This document shows, in pieces, positions 51,881 through 62,400 of a stretch of 64,000 bases of DNA. Made by a program: the position numbers and the translations under genes. Position 1 is the first letter of the stretch. Each line of letters begins with the position of its first letter. Source of the DNA: an uncultured Chlorobiaceae bacterium (GTDB lineage Bacteria > Bacteroidota > Ignavibacteria > UBA10030 > SZUA-254); the NCBI GenBank assembly GCA_964512655.1, contig CAZEJT010000011.1:2848-66847 (forward strand), given 5' to 3'. The notes beneath the pieces are model-generated. The model saw nothing but the letters and a program-made list of their open reading frames with translations. It did no database searches and was not told where the DNA came from.

Positions 51881-53164
51881 ATGAAGCACTTCATTCCGTT
51901 TATCCCAGCATGCTTGATGATGGGCGCGAGTCTGGCCCTCAATACTCTCCAGGCACAACCGGTCGACTCTGCCCGCTACAGGTTCTATATGACGGCAACC
52001 GACGCTGTCACAGGCAGGTCCGCCAGGTCGGACCTCGGATTCCACCCCCGAGCGACCATCGGTTTCGATTACGACACGCTTTTCGGATTCACGGATCACT
52101 GGTATGAAAACGATCCTGCTTGGGTCAGGGAGGTCTACCCGCCTCCGTGGAGTTTCTTCCAGGAAGCGCGGATCCAGAATGTGCGGCAAAAGTTTCCCAA
52201 CGCTCTTCTCTTTGGCAACATCCATGCCTACACCGGACCCTCGGAAGTCGACACATTTATAGTCCAGTGGAACGGCGATGAGAACCCCGCCGGCGATAGC
52301 CTCTATCTGTATACACACCCCCAGATCCTGAGCTGGCCCTCGGTCCTCCGATTCTATGCAGACAGCATCATCTTGCGTGACGTAAGTAATAACGCCCAAA
52401 CCGTCCCCGGACCATACGTTAGAATAGACATGACAGTTGATTCATCGTGGACCTATTCACCCCCTATCTATTTCAATCCGGATCTCGGCATTTACAACGT
52501 CGATCCGTTCCACAAGGGTTTCTTCATCTACGTCTATCACCCCAAAGCGGCTCCCCCACCACCGGACCCGGTTATGCTTATCTCGCCTCCCGAGGACACC
52601 GCACTCGCTTCCTCGAGCATCGAGCTGAGCTGGGCGGAGGTTCGGGGGGCATATTCATATAAGGTCGGGCTTGCGACCAACGCCTCGTTTTCAACGCCCT
52701 TGGTTTCAGAAGTGTTGAATTCGACGACAAAGATCGTCAGCGGGCTCCAGCCCTCAACGACCTATTATTGGCACGTCAGCGTTTCAAATGCATACGGCGT
52801 GAGTTACTACCAGAATCCCCCGCGCTCCTTCCATACAAGCTCGGCGCTGGACGTGCGGGATCCCCGGAGTTCTGTTCCTCTCCGTTTTGCGCTCCTCCCA
52901 AGCTACCCCAATCCCTTCAACCCCTCGGCCACAATCCAGTTCCTCGTGTCCAGGCCGTCGATGGTCCGACTTACGATTGTTGATCTCCTGGGACGTGACC
53001 TCGCTGTTCTGGCCAACAGTCATTTCCAGCCGGGTGAGTACCGGACGGTGTGGAATGCATCGGACAAGCCGACCGGCGTTTACTTCTACAGGATGACGGC
53101 CACACCCGAGGGGGACCCCGGCTCCGCCTTCAGGTCTGAAGGTAAAATGCTCCTGATGAGATAA
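51881..53164 (+). CDS. T9SS-secreted protein with an FN3-like domain
   Basis: Signal peptide, LSW..V.GAYSY...GLQPSTTYYWHV, SYPNPFNP...GVYFYRM...GKMLLMR. Confidence 0.88.
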   Translation: MKHFIPFIPACLMMGASLALNTLQAQPVDSARYRFYMTATDAVTGRSARSDLGFHPRATIGFDYDTLFGFTDHWYENDPAWVREVYPPPWSFFQEARIQNVRQKFPNALLFGNIHAYTGPSEVDTFIVQWNGDENPAGDSLYLYTHPQILSWPSVLRFYADSIILRDVSNNAQTVPGPYVRIDMTVDSSWTYSPPIYFNPDLGIYNVDPFHKGFFIYVYHPKAAPPPPDPVMLISPPEDTALASSSIELSWAEVRGAYSYKVGLATNASFSTPLVSEVLNSTTKIVSGLQPSTTYYWHVSVSNAYGVSYYQNPPRSFHTSSALDVRDPRSSVPLRFALLPSYPNPFNPSATIQFLVSRPSMVRLTIVDLLGRDLAVLANSHFQPGEYRTVWNASDKPTGVYFYRMTATPEGDPGSAFRSEGKMLLMR

Positions 53165-53318
53165 CCTCGTTCGATCCTTTGTCTTCCGCCACTTAGACGT
53201 TGCGTTTGCATCGCCGATTCGGCATTTTCGAGGGAACTTCGATGCGCATAGTCACGTTTTCGCGGGTATGCGCATGACGAATTCATACTAGGTGAAATCT
53301 GCGCTAAAAGGAGGACCT

Positions 53319-54608
53319 ATGAAAAAGACGATAGTAGTACTCGCCCTTACGGTTGCATCGGCGTTCATCGGTTGCACGTCAACCGGCGAATCCTCACGAG
53401 GCGACTATGGTTACGGATACAGGGAAAGGCCGTATTACAACGACCGTGCGGTAAGCTTCCAGGTGTTCTACGATGAACTGAGCCCGTATGGCTATTGGGT
53501 GGACCACCCTTCCTTTGGATACGTCTGGATTCCGAACGTAGGGCCCGGCTTTAGCCCTTACGCCACGAACGGCCACTGGGTTTTTACCGATTACGGCTGG
53601 ACGTGGTTCTCCGATTACGCCTGGGGCTGGGCGCCGTTCCATTACGGACGGTGGGCGTACGACTATCAGATGGGATGGTTTTGGATACCGGCAAATGAGT
53701 GGGCACCCGCATGGGTGACATGGAGAAGATCCGAGGGTTACTATGGGTGGGCTCCGATGGGCCCCGGCGTTAGCGTCGATGCCTCATTCACGAGCGGTTA
53801 CAGCGTTCCGAGCGACCGGTGGGTGTTCGTAAACGACCGTGACCTGGTGAGATCCGACCTCGACCGATGCTACCTCAATCGGGAGCAGAACGTCACGATC
53901 ATCAATAATACCACGATCATCAATAACACGTACGTCGACAACAGCAGGCACACGACGTACGTCGCCGGCCCGCGGAGGGACGATGTGCAGAGAGTGGTCG
54001 GCGCGCCGGTGCAGCCGGTTTCCGTTCAGGAGAACGACAAGCCCGGACAGAGTCTGCGAAACAACAGGCTGATGATTTTCAGGCCGCCGGTTCAATCCAA
54101 CACCGATGCCGGTTCAAAACCCGCGCCGCAGAAAGTCGGGAGCCTTAACGATGTGCGGCGAATGTTCGACAGGCCTCAGCCCAATCAGGGACAGGACCCC
54201 AAGCCGCCGGAGGGCGGCATTGGGCGGGAACCGGCCCCTCCGATCCGCAAGCCGAATCCGGCCGACGGACAGGAAGACCGGCAGTTGCCTCCGCCGCCGC
54301 AGGGCGATCAGGACAAGTCGAGGAAACCGCCCGAGCAGGCTCCAAGCATCTTTCTGCCAAATCAGGGGAGGGACAGCAATGCCCGGCCGCAGTCCGACAA
54401 GGACCGCTCGCAGCAGCCGCAGGTCGACAGAAAAGGCATCCCGCGCGGGCCAGAGGTTGGGCCTCCGTCAGACGCCCGGCGAGGAAAGGTAAAGCCGTTT
54501 GCTCCCTCCGGTCAGGAGAAGAAATCCCGGAAGGCGCCCGATCAGCCCAAGAGAAAACCCTTCGCGCCCCCCGAAGAACACAAAGCGAAGTCCGACAGCG
54601 GCAGATAA
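53319..54608 (+). CDS. DUF6600-type lipoprotein with a Pro/Gln-rich disordered tail
   Basis: AGGAGG RBS, lipobox FIGC, FYDELSPYGYW...WGWAPFHYGRW...WAPAWVTWR. Confidence 0.85.
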   Translation: MKKTIVVLALTVASAFIGCTSTGESSRGDYGYGYRERPYYNDRAVSFQVFYDELSPYGYWVDHPSFGYVWIPNVGPGFSPYATNGHWVFTDYGWTWFSDYAWGWAPFHYGRWAYDYQMGWFWIPANEWAPAWVTWRRSEGYYGWAPMGPGVSVDASFTSGYSVPSDRWVFVNDRDLVRSDLDRCYLNREQNVTIINNTTIINNTYVDNSRHTTYVAGPRRDDVQRVVGAPVQPVSVQENDKPGQSLRNNRLMIFRPPVQSNTDAGSKPAPQKVGSLNDVRRMFDRPQPNQGQDPKPPEGGIGREPAPPIRKPNPADGQEDRQLPPPPQGDQDKSRKPPEQAPSIFLPNQGRDSNARPQSDKDRSQQPQVDRKGIPRGPEVGPPSDARRGKVKPFAPSGQEKKSRKAPDQPKRKPFAPPEEHKAKSDSGR

Positions 54609-54626
54609 CGGGGCTCGGGAGGCTCC

Positions 54627-55778
54627 CTACTTAAGAATAAACGCCGCCACGATCCCGCCGAGGACGCTCACCTCGGCGGCGTAGGCTACGGTCATATTCC
54701 ATTTCTTGATCCGGTGCCAGACGAACGCCATGATGTACATGGCGATAGTCAGGGCGGCGAAGAGACCGAACGCCTGCAGGTAATTGAGCGTCGGACCGAA
54801 CATCCTCACGAAGCTGAAATCGTACGTGTATCCGTACACGATCAGCAGGTGCACCACGTAGACGAGAAGGGATTCCTGTCCGAAGAGCGCGATGACGGAG
54901 GATTGACGGACGTGTCCCCTCCGCTCCATCAGGCGCAGGCCTGCCAGGGCCAGCACCACACACCCCAGCCGCACGAAGAAGAACTCCGGGCTCGCATTCC
55001 AGAAACTGAGGTTCGGATAGATCGCGACCGGCAGCAGTCCGATCGCGATTGATAGGACGATCCCCGCAACCGCGAGAATACCGAACCATCGCACGCATTC
55101 GTCCCCCCTCCCCTTCTCCGCCGCCTCCACGAAGCGAAATCCGAGAAGAGTTCCGCACACAAGAAATGCGCTCCACGGAAAAAGCGGAAACTGCGATTTG
55201 AACTGAAGCGACAGGTAGGGCCGGACCCACATCGGAAGAGCCGAATGATCCATTGCGCGTACTATCGGACTTGTGAAGATGACGGCGAGCGCGATGACCG
55301 CGAGGGCGACCTGAAACCCGGTCCGATTCCGGATGACCGTTGCCAGAATGAGGAGCGCCATCAGGGTCACGGCGATGACCTGGAGGATGTCGACCTGAAA
55401 AAAGGAGACCCAGAGCCGATCGTCGGTGATCGTTTCCATCCTGCTCAGGGAGAAAAACGGAAGATGGAGAGAGTAGGCCACCACGAGGATGAAGAGCATC
55501 CTGACGGCGAAACGCCAGAACTGGCTTTCAAATCTCATAAACTGCGTCCACCTCCGGCTGAGACTGATCGCGAATCCGAATCCCGCGCAGAAGAGGAATG
55601 AGGGCGCTACGAGCCCGTTGAGGAAGGTCAGCACCCTGAACGGGGTTTCATCCTTGAGGGGGGTCGCAAGAACGGCGTTCACGACGTGGGTCTCGATCAT
55701 CACGAAAACGGCCCAGCCCCGGAGCAGATCGACGAAGAGAAAGCGTTCTTTAGCTGGCGCCTGCGGAGGAAGTGTCAA
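54627..55778 (-). CDS. Membrane acyltransferase (DUF1624 / HGSNAT-like)
   Basis: RFLFVDLLRGWAVFVMIETH, APSFLFCAG, VDILQVI, FPLFPW, GQESLLVYVVH. Confidence 0.88.
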   Translation of the reverse strand: MTLPPQAPAKERFLFVDLLRGWAVFVMIETHVVNAVLATPLKDETPFRVLTFLNGLVAPSFLFCAGFGFAISLSRRWTQFMRFESQFWRFAVRMLFILVVAYSLHLPFFSLSRMETITDDRLWVSFFQVDILQVIAVTLMALLILATVIRNRTGFQVALAVIALAVIFTSPIVRAMDHSALPMWVRPYLSLQFKSQFPLFPWSAFLVCGTLLGFRFVEAAEKGRGDECVRWFGILAVAGIVLSIAIGLLPVAIYPNLSFWNASPEFFFVRLGCVVLALAGLRLMERRGHVRQSSVIALFGQESLLVYVVHLLIVYGYTYDFSFVRMFGPTLNYLQAFGLFAALTIAMYIMAFVWHRIKKWNMTVAYAAEVSVLGGIVAAFILK

Positions 55779-55799
55779 CTGGGCGGACGGGGGGGAAAC

Positions 55800-56180
55800 C
55801 TACGGGAGCCCCAGCTTGGCGCGGATGATGTTGTCGAGGTTGTCGGCATCCACGGGCTTCGTCAGATAGCCGTCGACGCCGAGCGTTTCGCCGTACTTTT
55901 GGGCGATCGGGTCTTCAACCGCCGTGAGGAACAGCACGGGGGTCTTCAGGAACCGCGGATTCTTCTTGACCGTCTGAAAGAGCTCGAATCCGTTCATCGG
56001 CTGCATCCGGAGGTCGACGAGCATCAGGTCGGGGGTCTTCGACTTGAGGACATTCAGGGCCTCGGCGCCGCTTAGAGCCGTGAGAACGCCGAAGCCGCGC
56101 TGCGTGAGACTCGCCTTGATGGTCTCGAGCGCGCTCTCCTCGTCATCAACGTAGAGAATCAGAGCTTTTTCCATCTGCAT
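55800..56180 (-). CDS. Single-domain response regulator
   Basis: ILYVDDE, PDLMLVDLRMQPMNG, FLTA, YLTKP. Confidence 0.93.
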   Translation of the reverse strand: MQMEKALILYVDDEESALETIKASLTQRGFGVLTALSGAEALNVLKSKTPDLMLVDLRMQPMNGFELFQTVKKNPRFLKTPVLFLTAVEDPIAQKYGETLGVDGYLTKPVDADNLDNIIRAKLGLP

Positions 56181-56318
56181 GCCCTATCAATGTTTCCGCG
56201 ATCGCACGCCAACGACCCCGTTGTCACTCCCGTGCGCGCTCAGAAAACTGATTATGATAACCCGAAATCGCGCCAAAGTCAAGTGCCCCGCGCGCGGGTA
56301 GCGCGCTGCGCGCCGGCT

Positions 56319-56341
56319 GTAGGCGCGGACTTTACTCCGCG
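56319..56341 (+). repeat. REP family A variant
   Basis: GTAGGCGCGGACTTTACTCCGCG, stem CGCGGA/TCCGCG. Confidence 0.75.
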
Positions 56342-56372
56342 CGGCCCCCGGGGTGTCTGGTCAGCCGGGTGA

Positions 56373-56401
56373 TTGCCTTTTACCCATATTCGGATTACAT
56401 T
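56373..56401 (+). promoter_or_regulatory. Putative sigma70 promoter of PP2C-HerA
   Basis: TTGCCT-N17-TACATT. Confidence 0.55.
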
Positions 56402-56446
56402 TGTGCTGCCTTTGTCATCTTATTCAGCGAATCGGGGGATTCATCC

Positions 56447-57679
56447 ATGCAGCTCCGCAAGCTCTACCGCACGATCGAGAGCATCGGGTCGAGGCCGTTC
56501 GAAAACGCGGCTGAGCTGCTCCGCCGCGTCCTCGAAGAGGTGGTGCGGAACGAGGAGATCAAGATCAACGGGGGGCGGGCGTGGAAGTTCAACCCGAGGT
56601 CCGGCAGTTACGCGCTCCTTCATCAGGTCGGCGACATGCAGCCGATCGAGCCCAACTTCCAGGTGAAGGTGAAGGAGTATCCGGTATTCCAGCAGCTTTC
56701 CGAGGTCCGGACCGTTCTCGCCAACGAAGAGAACGAGTACCTGCGCAAGAGGGGGATTCTCCAGTACTCCGCCACCGGAATCGGCGATAAGGTTCAATGG
56801 CGCGGGTACACCCTCTACCCGTTCGTCCTCGCCTTTAACGCCGACCGGCTCGACGAAAACCTCGCCTCCACGCTGAACATCATCAGCACCGCCGTCTCAA
56901 GCGTTCTCCGAAGCAAGCGGTTGGAGCGCAAAGCGGAAGACCTCAAGCGCGATCTCGACAAGGCGCGCGATATCCAGCGCAGCATCCTTCCCCAGCACGA
57001 GATGTCGTTCCACTCATACGGCGTCTACGGCCTCTCGATTCCCGACAGGATCGTCGGAGGGGATTTCTTCGACTATCTCCAGGTGGAGGGCGATACCGAA
57101 CGCGTGGGAATCGTGATAGGCGACGCGGCGAGCAAGGGAGTCTCGGCGGCGGTGCAGGCGCTCTACGCCTCGGGCGCGCTCCGCATGGGATTCGAGTTTC
57201 AGACCAAGATGAGCGTGCTCCTCTCGCGCGTGAACAAGCTCATCAACAAGACCTTTTCGGAAGAGCACTTCATCTCGCTCTTCTATATGGAATTGACGGA
57301 CGACCGGAACGGGCTCGTCCTCTACGCGAATTGCGGTCATAACAACCCCGTGTTTCTCCGCTCGCACACGAGCGATCCCGAGTTCCTCGAAGCGACAGGC
57401 CAGCTCCTCGGCCCGTTTCCGAACGAGAAATTCAAGACCGCGAGCATCTTCATGGGAAAGGGAGACATCCTCCTCCTCTACACAGACGGCATCTCCGAGG
57501 CGACAAACGAGCAGGGCGAGGCCTACGGCGAGGACCGCATCGTCTCGCAGCTGGTCGGTCTCAGGTCCCGTTCGCCCAAGGAGATCGCGGGGCTCATCAT
57601 CGAGGATGTGGAGAAGTTCAATACGCTCGGCACACTCACGGACGACAAGACGATCGTCGTCATCAAACGGCTCGCCTGA
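56447..57679 (+). CDS. SpoIIE/RsbU-type PP2C phosphatase with a GAF-like N-terminus
   Basis: VGGDFFD, IGDAASKG, ANCGHNNP, LYTDGISEA, DDKT; start MQLRK (56447). Confidence 0.93.
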   Translation: MQLRKLYRTIESIGSRPFENAAELLRRVLEEVVRNEEIKINGGRAWKFNPRSGSYALLHQVGDMQPIEPNFQVKVKEYPVFQQLSEVRTVLANEENEYLRKRGILQYSATGIGDKVQWRGYTLYPFVLAFNADRLDENLASTLNIISTAVSSVLRSKRLERKAEDLKRDLDKARDIQRSILPQHEMSFHSYGVYGLSIPDRIVGGDFFDYLQVEGDTERVGIVIGDAASKGVSAAVQALYASGALRMGFEFQTKMSVLLSRVNKLINKTFSEEHFISLFYMELTDDRNGLVLYANCGHNNPVFLRSHTSDPEFLEATGQLLGPFPNEKFKTASIFMGKGDILLLYTDGISEATNEQGEAYGEDRIVSQLVGLRSRSPKEIAGLIIEDVEKFNTLGTLTDDKTIVVIKRLA

Positions 57680-57700
57680 AGGGAGATCGGAGCACTACCT

Positions 57701-59302
57701 ATGGCCAAGACACAAAAGCAAATCGGAACGATCGCATCGGTCAACAACACGAGCCTGACGGCTCTCCTGCACCGCGGCGCGGAAGGCAACGGCGGGGTCG
57801 CGCCTCCTCCGGGATGCCGGCTCGGCTCTTTCGTCGTTCTGCCCGAGGGCGACCGCTCGGTCATCGGGAGCATCATCGCGGTACGGCAGGCCGCGGCGCA
57901 GCCCGCGCACGACTCAAAAGAGTCGGGGCTGCCGCCCGTCCACGAAATGGAGATTCAGCTGATCGGCACGGTCGTGGGCGAGAAGTTCGAACGAAGCGTT
58001 TCGAACTACCCTCTCGTGGGAGGCCCGGTACTGCTCCCTGAGACGGACGATCTCAAGAAGATCTTCTCCGTCTACCGCGAGAAAGATTACTCTCCGGGAC
58101 AGATCTCCATCCTCGAGGGCGAGCGGATGTTTCTCGACCCGAACAAATTCTTCTCGAAGCATATCGCGCTCTTCGGCTCCACCGGCTCCGGGAAATCATT
58201 CACGGCGTCGTCCATCCTGCAGAAAGTGAATAAGTTCGACAACACGCACGTGATCCTGCTCGACCTCCACGGCGAGTACGAGCCGGCCTTCAAGGACACG
58301 GGCAATATCATGCGGATTACGGAGCTGGAGCTCCCCTACTGGCTGATGAACTTCGACGAGCTCGCCGAAACCTTCGTCGACGAGAACGACGCGTCGGCGA
58401 GCAACCAGATGATGATATTGAAGGAAGCGGTGCTGGACTCGAAGCGCGGAAAGAACCACGCGCTGAGAGAATTCCTGACAATCGATACCCCGGTGTATTT
58501 CGACTTCCTGGAGGTGAGCGCCAGAGTGAGATCGCTCGACACCGAGAGGACACTTGGCGGGAAGGAAGGCCCCTTTTACGGCCAGTTCACGCGGTTCCTC
58601 GTACGCCTCGAGAGCAAGCTCACGGACAAGCGCTACGAGTTCCTCTTCAAGCCGCAGCAGTACAAGACCAGCGAGACGCTCGTCCCGCTCCTCCAGAAGA
58701 TCTTCGGCCTCGATACAGGCAAGCAGGTGACGGTCATCGACCTGAGCAGGGTCCCGTTCGACGTCATCAACGTGCTCGTGTCACTCCTGGGGCGGGTGAT
58801 CTTCGACTTCAACCTCTGGAACAAAGCGCGCCAGGACTTCCCCGTGCTCGTCGTCTTCGAGGAGGCGCACACGTACCTGTCGCCAACCGGACGAAGCTCG
58901 GCCGCCCGTAAGACCGTTGAGAGGATTGCAAAGGAGGGAAGAAAGTACGGAGTAAGCTCGATGATCGTGAGCCAGCGCCCCTCGGAGATTTCGGAGACCA
59001 TCACCGCCCAGTGCAACAATTTCATCGCGATGCGCCTCCTCAATCCCCACGATCAGAACTACGTTCGGAAACTGGTCCCCGATTCGCTCGCGAACGTCAT
59101 CGACGTCCTCCCGACTCTCCGGCAGGGAGAGGCCTTCTTCATCGGCGACGCCGTCCCCGTTCCCGTGCGGGTGCTGATCGACATGCCTTCCCCGGAACCC
59201 GCGGGCGCGGACATCAAGTTCTACGAGCGGTGGAAGAAGAAGAACTCGGAGACCGTTGTCACCGAGGTCGTCAACAACTGGTGGAAGCAGATCAGGACAT
59301 AA
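57701..59302 (+). CDS. HerA/FtsK-superfamily ATPase (DUF87 type) with an N-terminal HAS-barrel-like region
   Basis: HIALFGSTGSGKS Walker A, LDLHGEY, VVFEEAH Walker B, RIAKEGRKYG, SQRPSE. Confidence 0.92.
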   Translation: MAKTQKQIGTIASVNNTSLTALLHRGAEGNGGVAPPPGCRLGSFVVLPEGDRSVIGSIIAVRQAAAQPAHDSKESGLPPVHEMEIQLIGTVVGEKFERSVSNYPLVGGPVLLPETDDLKKIFSVYREKDYSPGQISILEGERMFLDPNKFFSKHIALFGSTGSGKSFTASSILQKVNKFDNTHVILLDLHGEYEPAFKDTGNIMRITELELPYWLMNFDELAETFVDENDASASNQMMILKEAVLDSKRGKNHALREFLTIDTPVYFDFLEVSARVRSLDTERTLGGKEGPFYGQFTRFLVRLESKLTDKRYEFLFKPQQYKTSETLVPLLQKIFGLDTGKQVTVIDLSRVPFDVINVLVSLLGRVIFDFNLWNKARQDFPVLVVFEEAHTYLSPTGRSSAARKTVERIAKEGRKYGVSSMIVSQRPSEISETITAQCNNFIAMRLLNPHDQNYVRKLVPDSLANVIDVLPTLRQGEAFFIGDAVPVPVRVLIDMPSPEPAGADIKFYERWKKKNSETVVTEVVNNWWKQIRT

Positions 59303-59306
59303 CGAA

Positions 59307-59332
59307 ACGAGACGGCCGCTCGGCCGCCTCGT
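59307..59332. terminator. Hairpin between convergent genes (possible terminator)
   Basis: ACGAGACGGCCG-CT-CGGCCGCCTCGT just after the HerA stop; no U-tract. Confidence 0.3.
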
Positions 59333-59405
59333 AACGTCACACTCCTGAGCCCTCCCGCTCTTCACCCTCACCTCAGCGGGCATGCACCGGCCGATAGCTC
59401 CGGTT

Positions 59406-59430
59406 GTAGGCGCCGGCTTCAGCCGGCGTG
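59406..59430 (+). repeat. REP family A copy
   Basis: GTAGGCGCCGGCTTCAGCCGGCGTG. Confidence 0.9.
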
Positions 59431-59449
59431 CATCTCCCCGAGATGAAAA

Positions 59450-62400
59450 CTACCTCATCAACACCAACTTCCTCGTCGACTCATAGAGCGGCGCACCTGC
59501 AATCGAGGTTACTGAAAGGCGTGCATAATACACCCCCGAAGCGACTTCCGACGCATTCCAGCGGGCCGAGTAGTACCCCGCCCCCCGGTCCTCATCCACA
59601 AGCCGAGCAACTTCCCGCCCCAGAACGTCATGGACCGTCAGGAGGGCGTGTCCCGCCGACGCGATCTGATAACCGATCTCGGTCGAGGGGTTGAACGGAT
59701 TCGGGTAATTCTGATCAAGCGAGAACTCGTGCGGCACAAGCGGCCGCCCTGAGGCAATCGCATTGAGATAGAGTGCCGCGCTCGATCCCGCCGCGGGCTC
59801 CGAAACCACAAGAGTTCCGTGCTGACCGAGGTTTGTGGTCGATCCCCCGGTCACGATCGTCCACATGAACGTCTCTCCGTCCTTGAGATTCCACGTCGCC
59901 TTCAGCGGGTATGAACCGCCCGTCACATCTATGCGGAATGACTGCCGGCCTGCGGGTTCGGATGCAGCTGCTTCAGCGAGCCGCTGGGTAGCGAAGCGGA
60001 CATCGAACGAACCCTCGGGAGGAAGCGGCGGGACATCGTATCGGGAAACGGCTGCACGCGCCTCCGGATTTGAGGAGAAATAGAGCGTCTGTGTGCGGGC
60101 CTTTGAGTCTTCAATCGTGAGCGAATTGAACATGCCGAGCTCATTCTTACCGGCGGCCTTCGGCTGTTGCGACGGCGCGGCGTTCAGCATGAGCGAGCCG
60201 CTGGCCTTCAGCTTCACCCAGTAGCCATTTCCGGGATCGAGCGTGCCTGCCACGACGTAGGCGCCGTTATAGCCGAAGTAGGGCGATGAGAGGATATTCG
60301 AAGGGCTTGTGACGATCGATCCTGCGCTCACGGAGGTTGCGAGGGATCCGATCAGGTTCCATCCCAAAGACAAGTTCAGCGTATCCGTGAGCACCTTCTT
60401 GCCGTTGAATCCGAGCGGCCGCGCCGTATCAATCTTCACCCAGTATCCCACGCCGTTCTTGAGCGTATCCTTGACGGTGTATCCGCCCTCGTACGCGAAC
60501 GCCCTCGAGACCGCATTCGGAAAGAGGGCGGTCTTCGCGAGATTGACCCCGGTGACGGGCACGGAGACGAGGTTCCACCCTGTCAGCCCCTGGATAATGA
60601 TGCTGTTCAGAAAAACCGAGACCGTGCCGTCTCCCGAATTCGCCACAACCAGATCCAGGTCGCCGTCGCCGTCAAGGTCGCCGGCCGCGACTCCGCGCGG
60701 GACTTGTCCGGCGTTGTAATCCGTGCGCGTGAAGCCCGTGCCACCCGTGGACTTCATGACCGAAATGTTGTTTCCGGTCGCGTTGGCCGTGATGACGTCG
60801 AGATATCCGTCCCCGTCAAGATCGCCGGTCGCTCCCCCCCAGGGGCCGTTCCCGGTTGTCACATCGGTGCGGGTCGGGAAGTTTCCGAGGGTATCCTGCC
60901 GGTAGACCGTGATCCCATTGGTGCTGGAGTTCAAGGCGAAAAAATCCATCCGGCGGTCGTTCGTGAAGTCGGCCGCGCCGACGAATCTGAGGAACCCGCC
61001 CGCTGCGGAGCTGGACGTAAGCGACACCTTCCCCGCGCCGATGTTCGTGAGAATCGAAACGGTCGAGGAGGCGAGGCTGTTGCCGGCGACGACGTCAAGC
61101 CCTCCGTCGCGGTTCATGTCGGCTACGGCGCTCCAATAGGGTGCTATTCCGGCGCCATAGGGGTGAGGTGCGGAGAAATTCCCGGCACCGTCGTTGATGA
61201 GGACTGCAACCTGGTTCGCCCCGCCGTTCGTGACGACGATGTCAAGGTACCCGTCCCCGTCGATGTCGGCGAGCGTGGCCGCGCTCGGGTTACCGCCGGC
61301 GGAATAATCAACCCTTCCGCCGAGCGTGCCGTCGCCGTTGTTCTTGAGAACCGTCACGTTCGTGAACCCGTTATTCGCGGTCACGACGTCGATGTCTCCG
61401 TCGTTATCGATGTCACCGAGGGCGACAGACCGGGGATTGAGGCCGGTCGAATAAGTAACCGCCGCCGCGAACGTCCCGTTGCCGTTATTCAACAGAACCG
61501 CCACATTGCTCGGTCCCGGAACAGCCGCCACGATGTCCATAGATCCGTCGCCGTTCATGTCCGCAATAGCCACCGACCAGGGCCCCGAGCCGACATTGTA
61601 GTCGGTTTTCGGGAGGAATGTTCCGGTAGAAGGCGGAACGATAATCGTGAACGCCATGACGAACGGGGTGAATGGAGATCCCCCCGACCCTTTCAGCCTG
61701 TTCGAGGCAACGAGCGTCACCACCTCGCCGACCCGGAACGAATTGTTGGGTGTGAACCTCACCGATGAGTCTCCCGGACCGAACAGGAAGACGCCCCGGT
61801 GGAGCCCGCTCATCGAGCCGCTCACCACCCAGGAGGAGGTGTCCTTGAATGTCGTCTCGTCCATCGCCGTATCGAACGCCGCCTGAATCGTCGTACTGCC
61901 CGGGACGTTGTTCGCGTTTGCAAGTGGAACCGTGGTCGTCACATGATGCGCGATGCGGTTTCCGAAATCCTTTCCCGTGTAAAACCTGGTCGCATTGGAA
62001 ATGCCGACGGTGTAGGTCGCCGGGGACACCGGAGCCGTCTGCACCCAGCCCAGCTTCGTCTGCTCGGCGATGGTGTACGAGCCCGGGAAGAGATCGTTTA
62101 CAACATAGTGCCCGTTGACGTCGCTATGAACGGTCGCGGTTATTTGCCCGGTTATCAGGATGGTCCAGTTGAACAGACCGGGCTCCCCCCCGTCCCGCAC
62201 GCCGTTGGTATTGAGGTCGTTGTACACGTCGCCCTCGATCTTTCCGGGCTGGACGAGGACATCCTTCTGCTGGATCGAGTCGTTGATCAGCGCCAGCGAC
62301 TGGACCCTGAACAGTTGCGAGTTGATCGTGACGCTTGCTGTTACGGTCGTATTGGTGTCGCCGTCGAAGCGGTAGAATCCGAATGCCCCTCCGGTGGCTC

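Noticed and set aside
53538-53557. REP-like GTAGGGCCCGGCTTTAGCCC inside the DUF6600 gene
   Set aside because: The stem is broken, and the encoded PNVGPGFSPY fits the family's W.P......PY..GHW pattern, so it is probably coincidental. Not counted among the REP copies.
57701-59302. Known HerA anti-phage system (Sir2-HerA, HerA-DUF4297)
   Set aside because: The required effector gene is not adjacent, so it cannot be called a defence system from this window.
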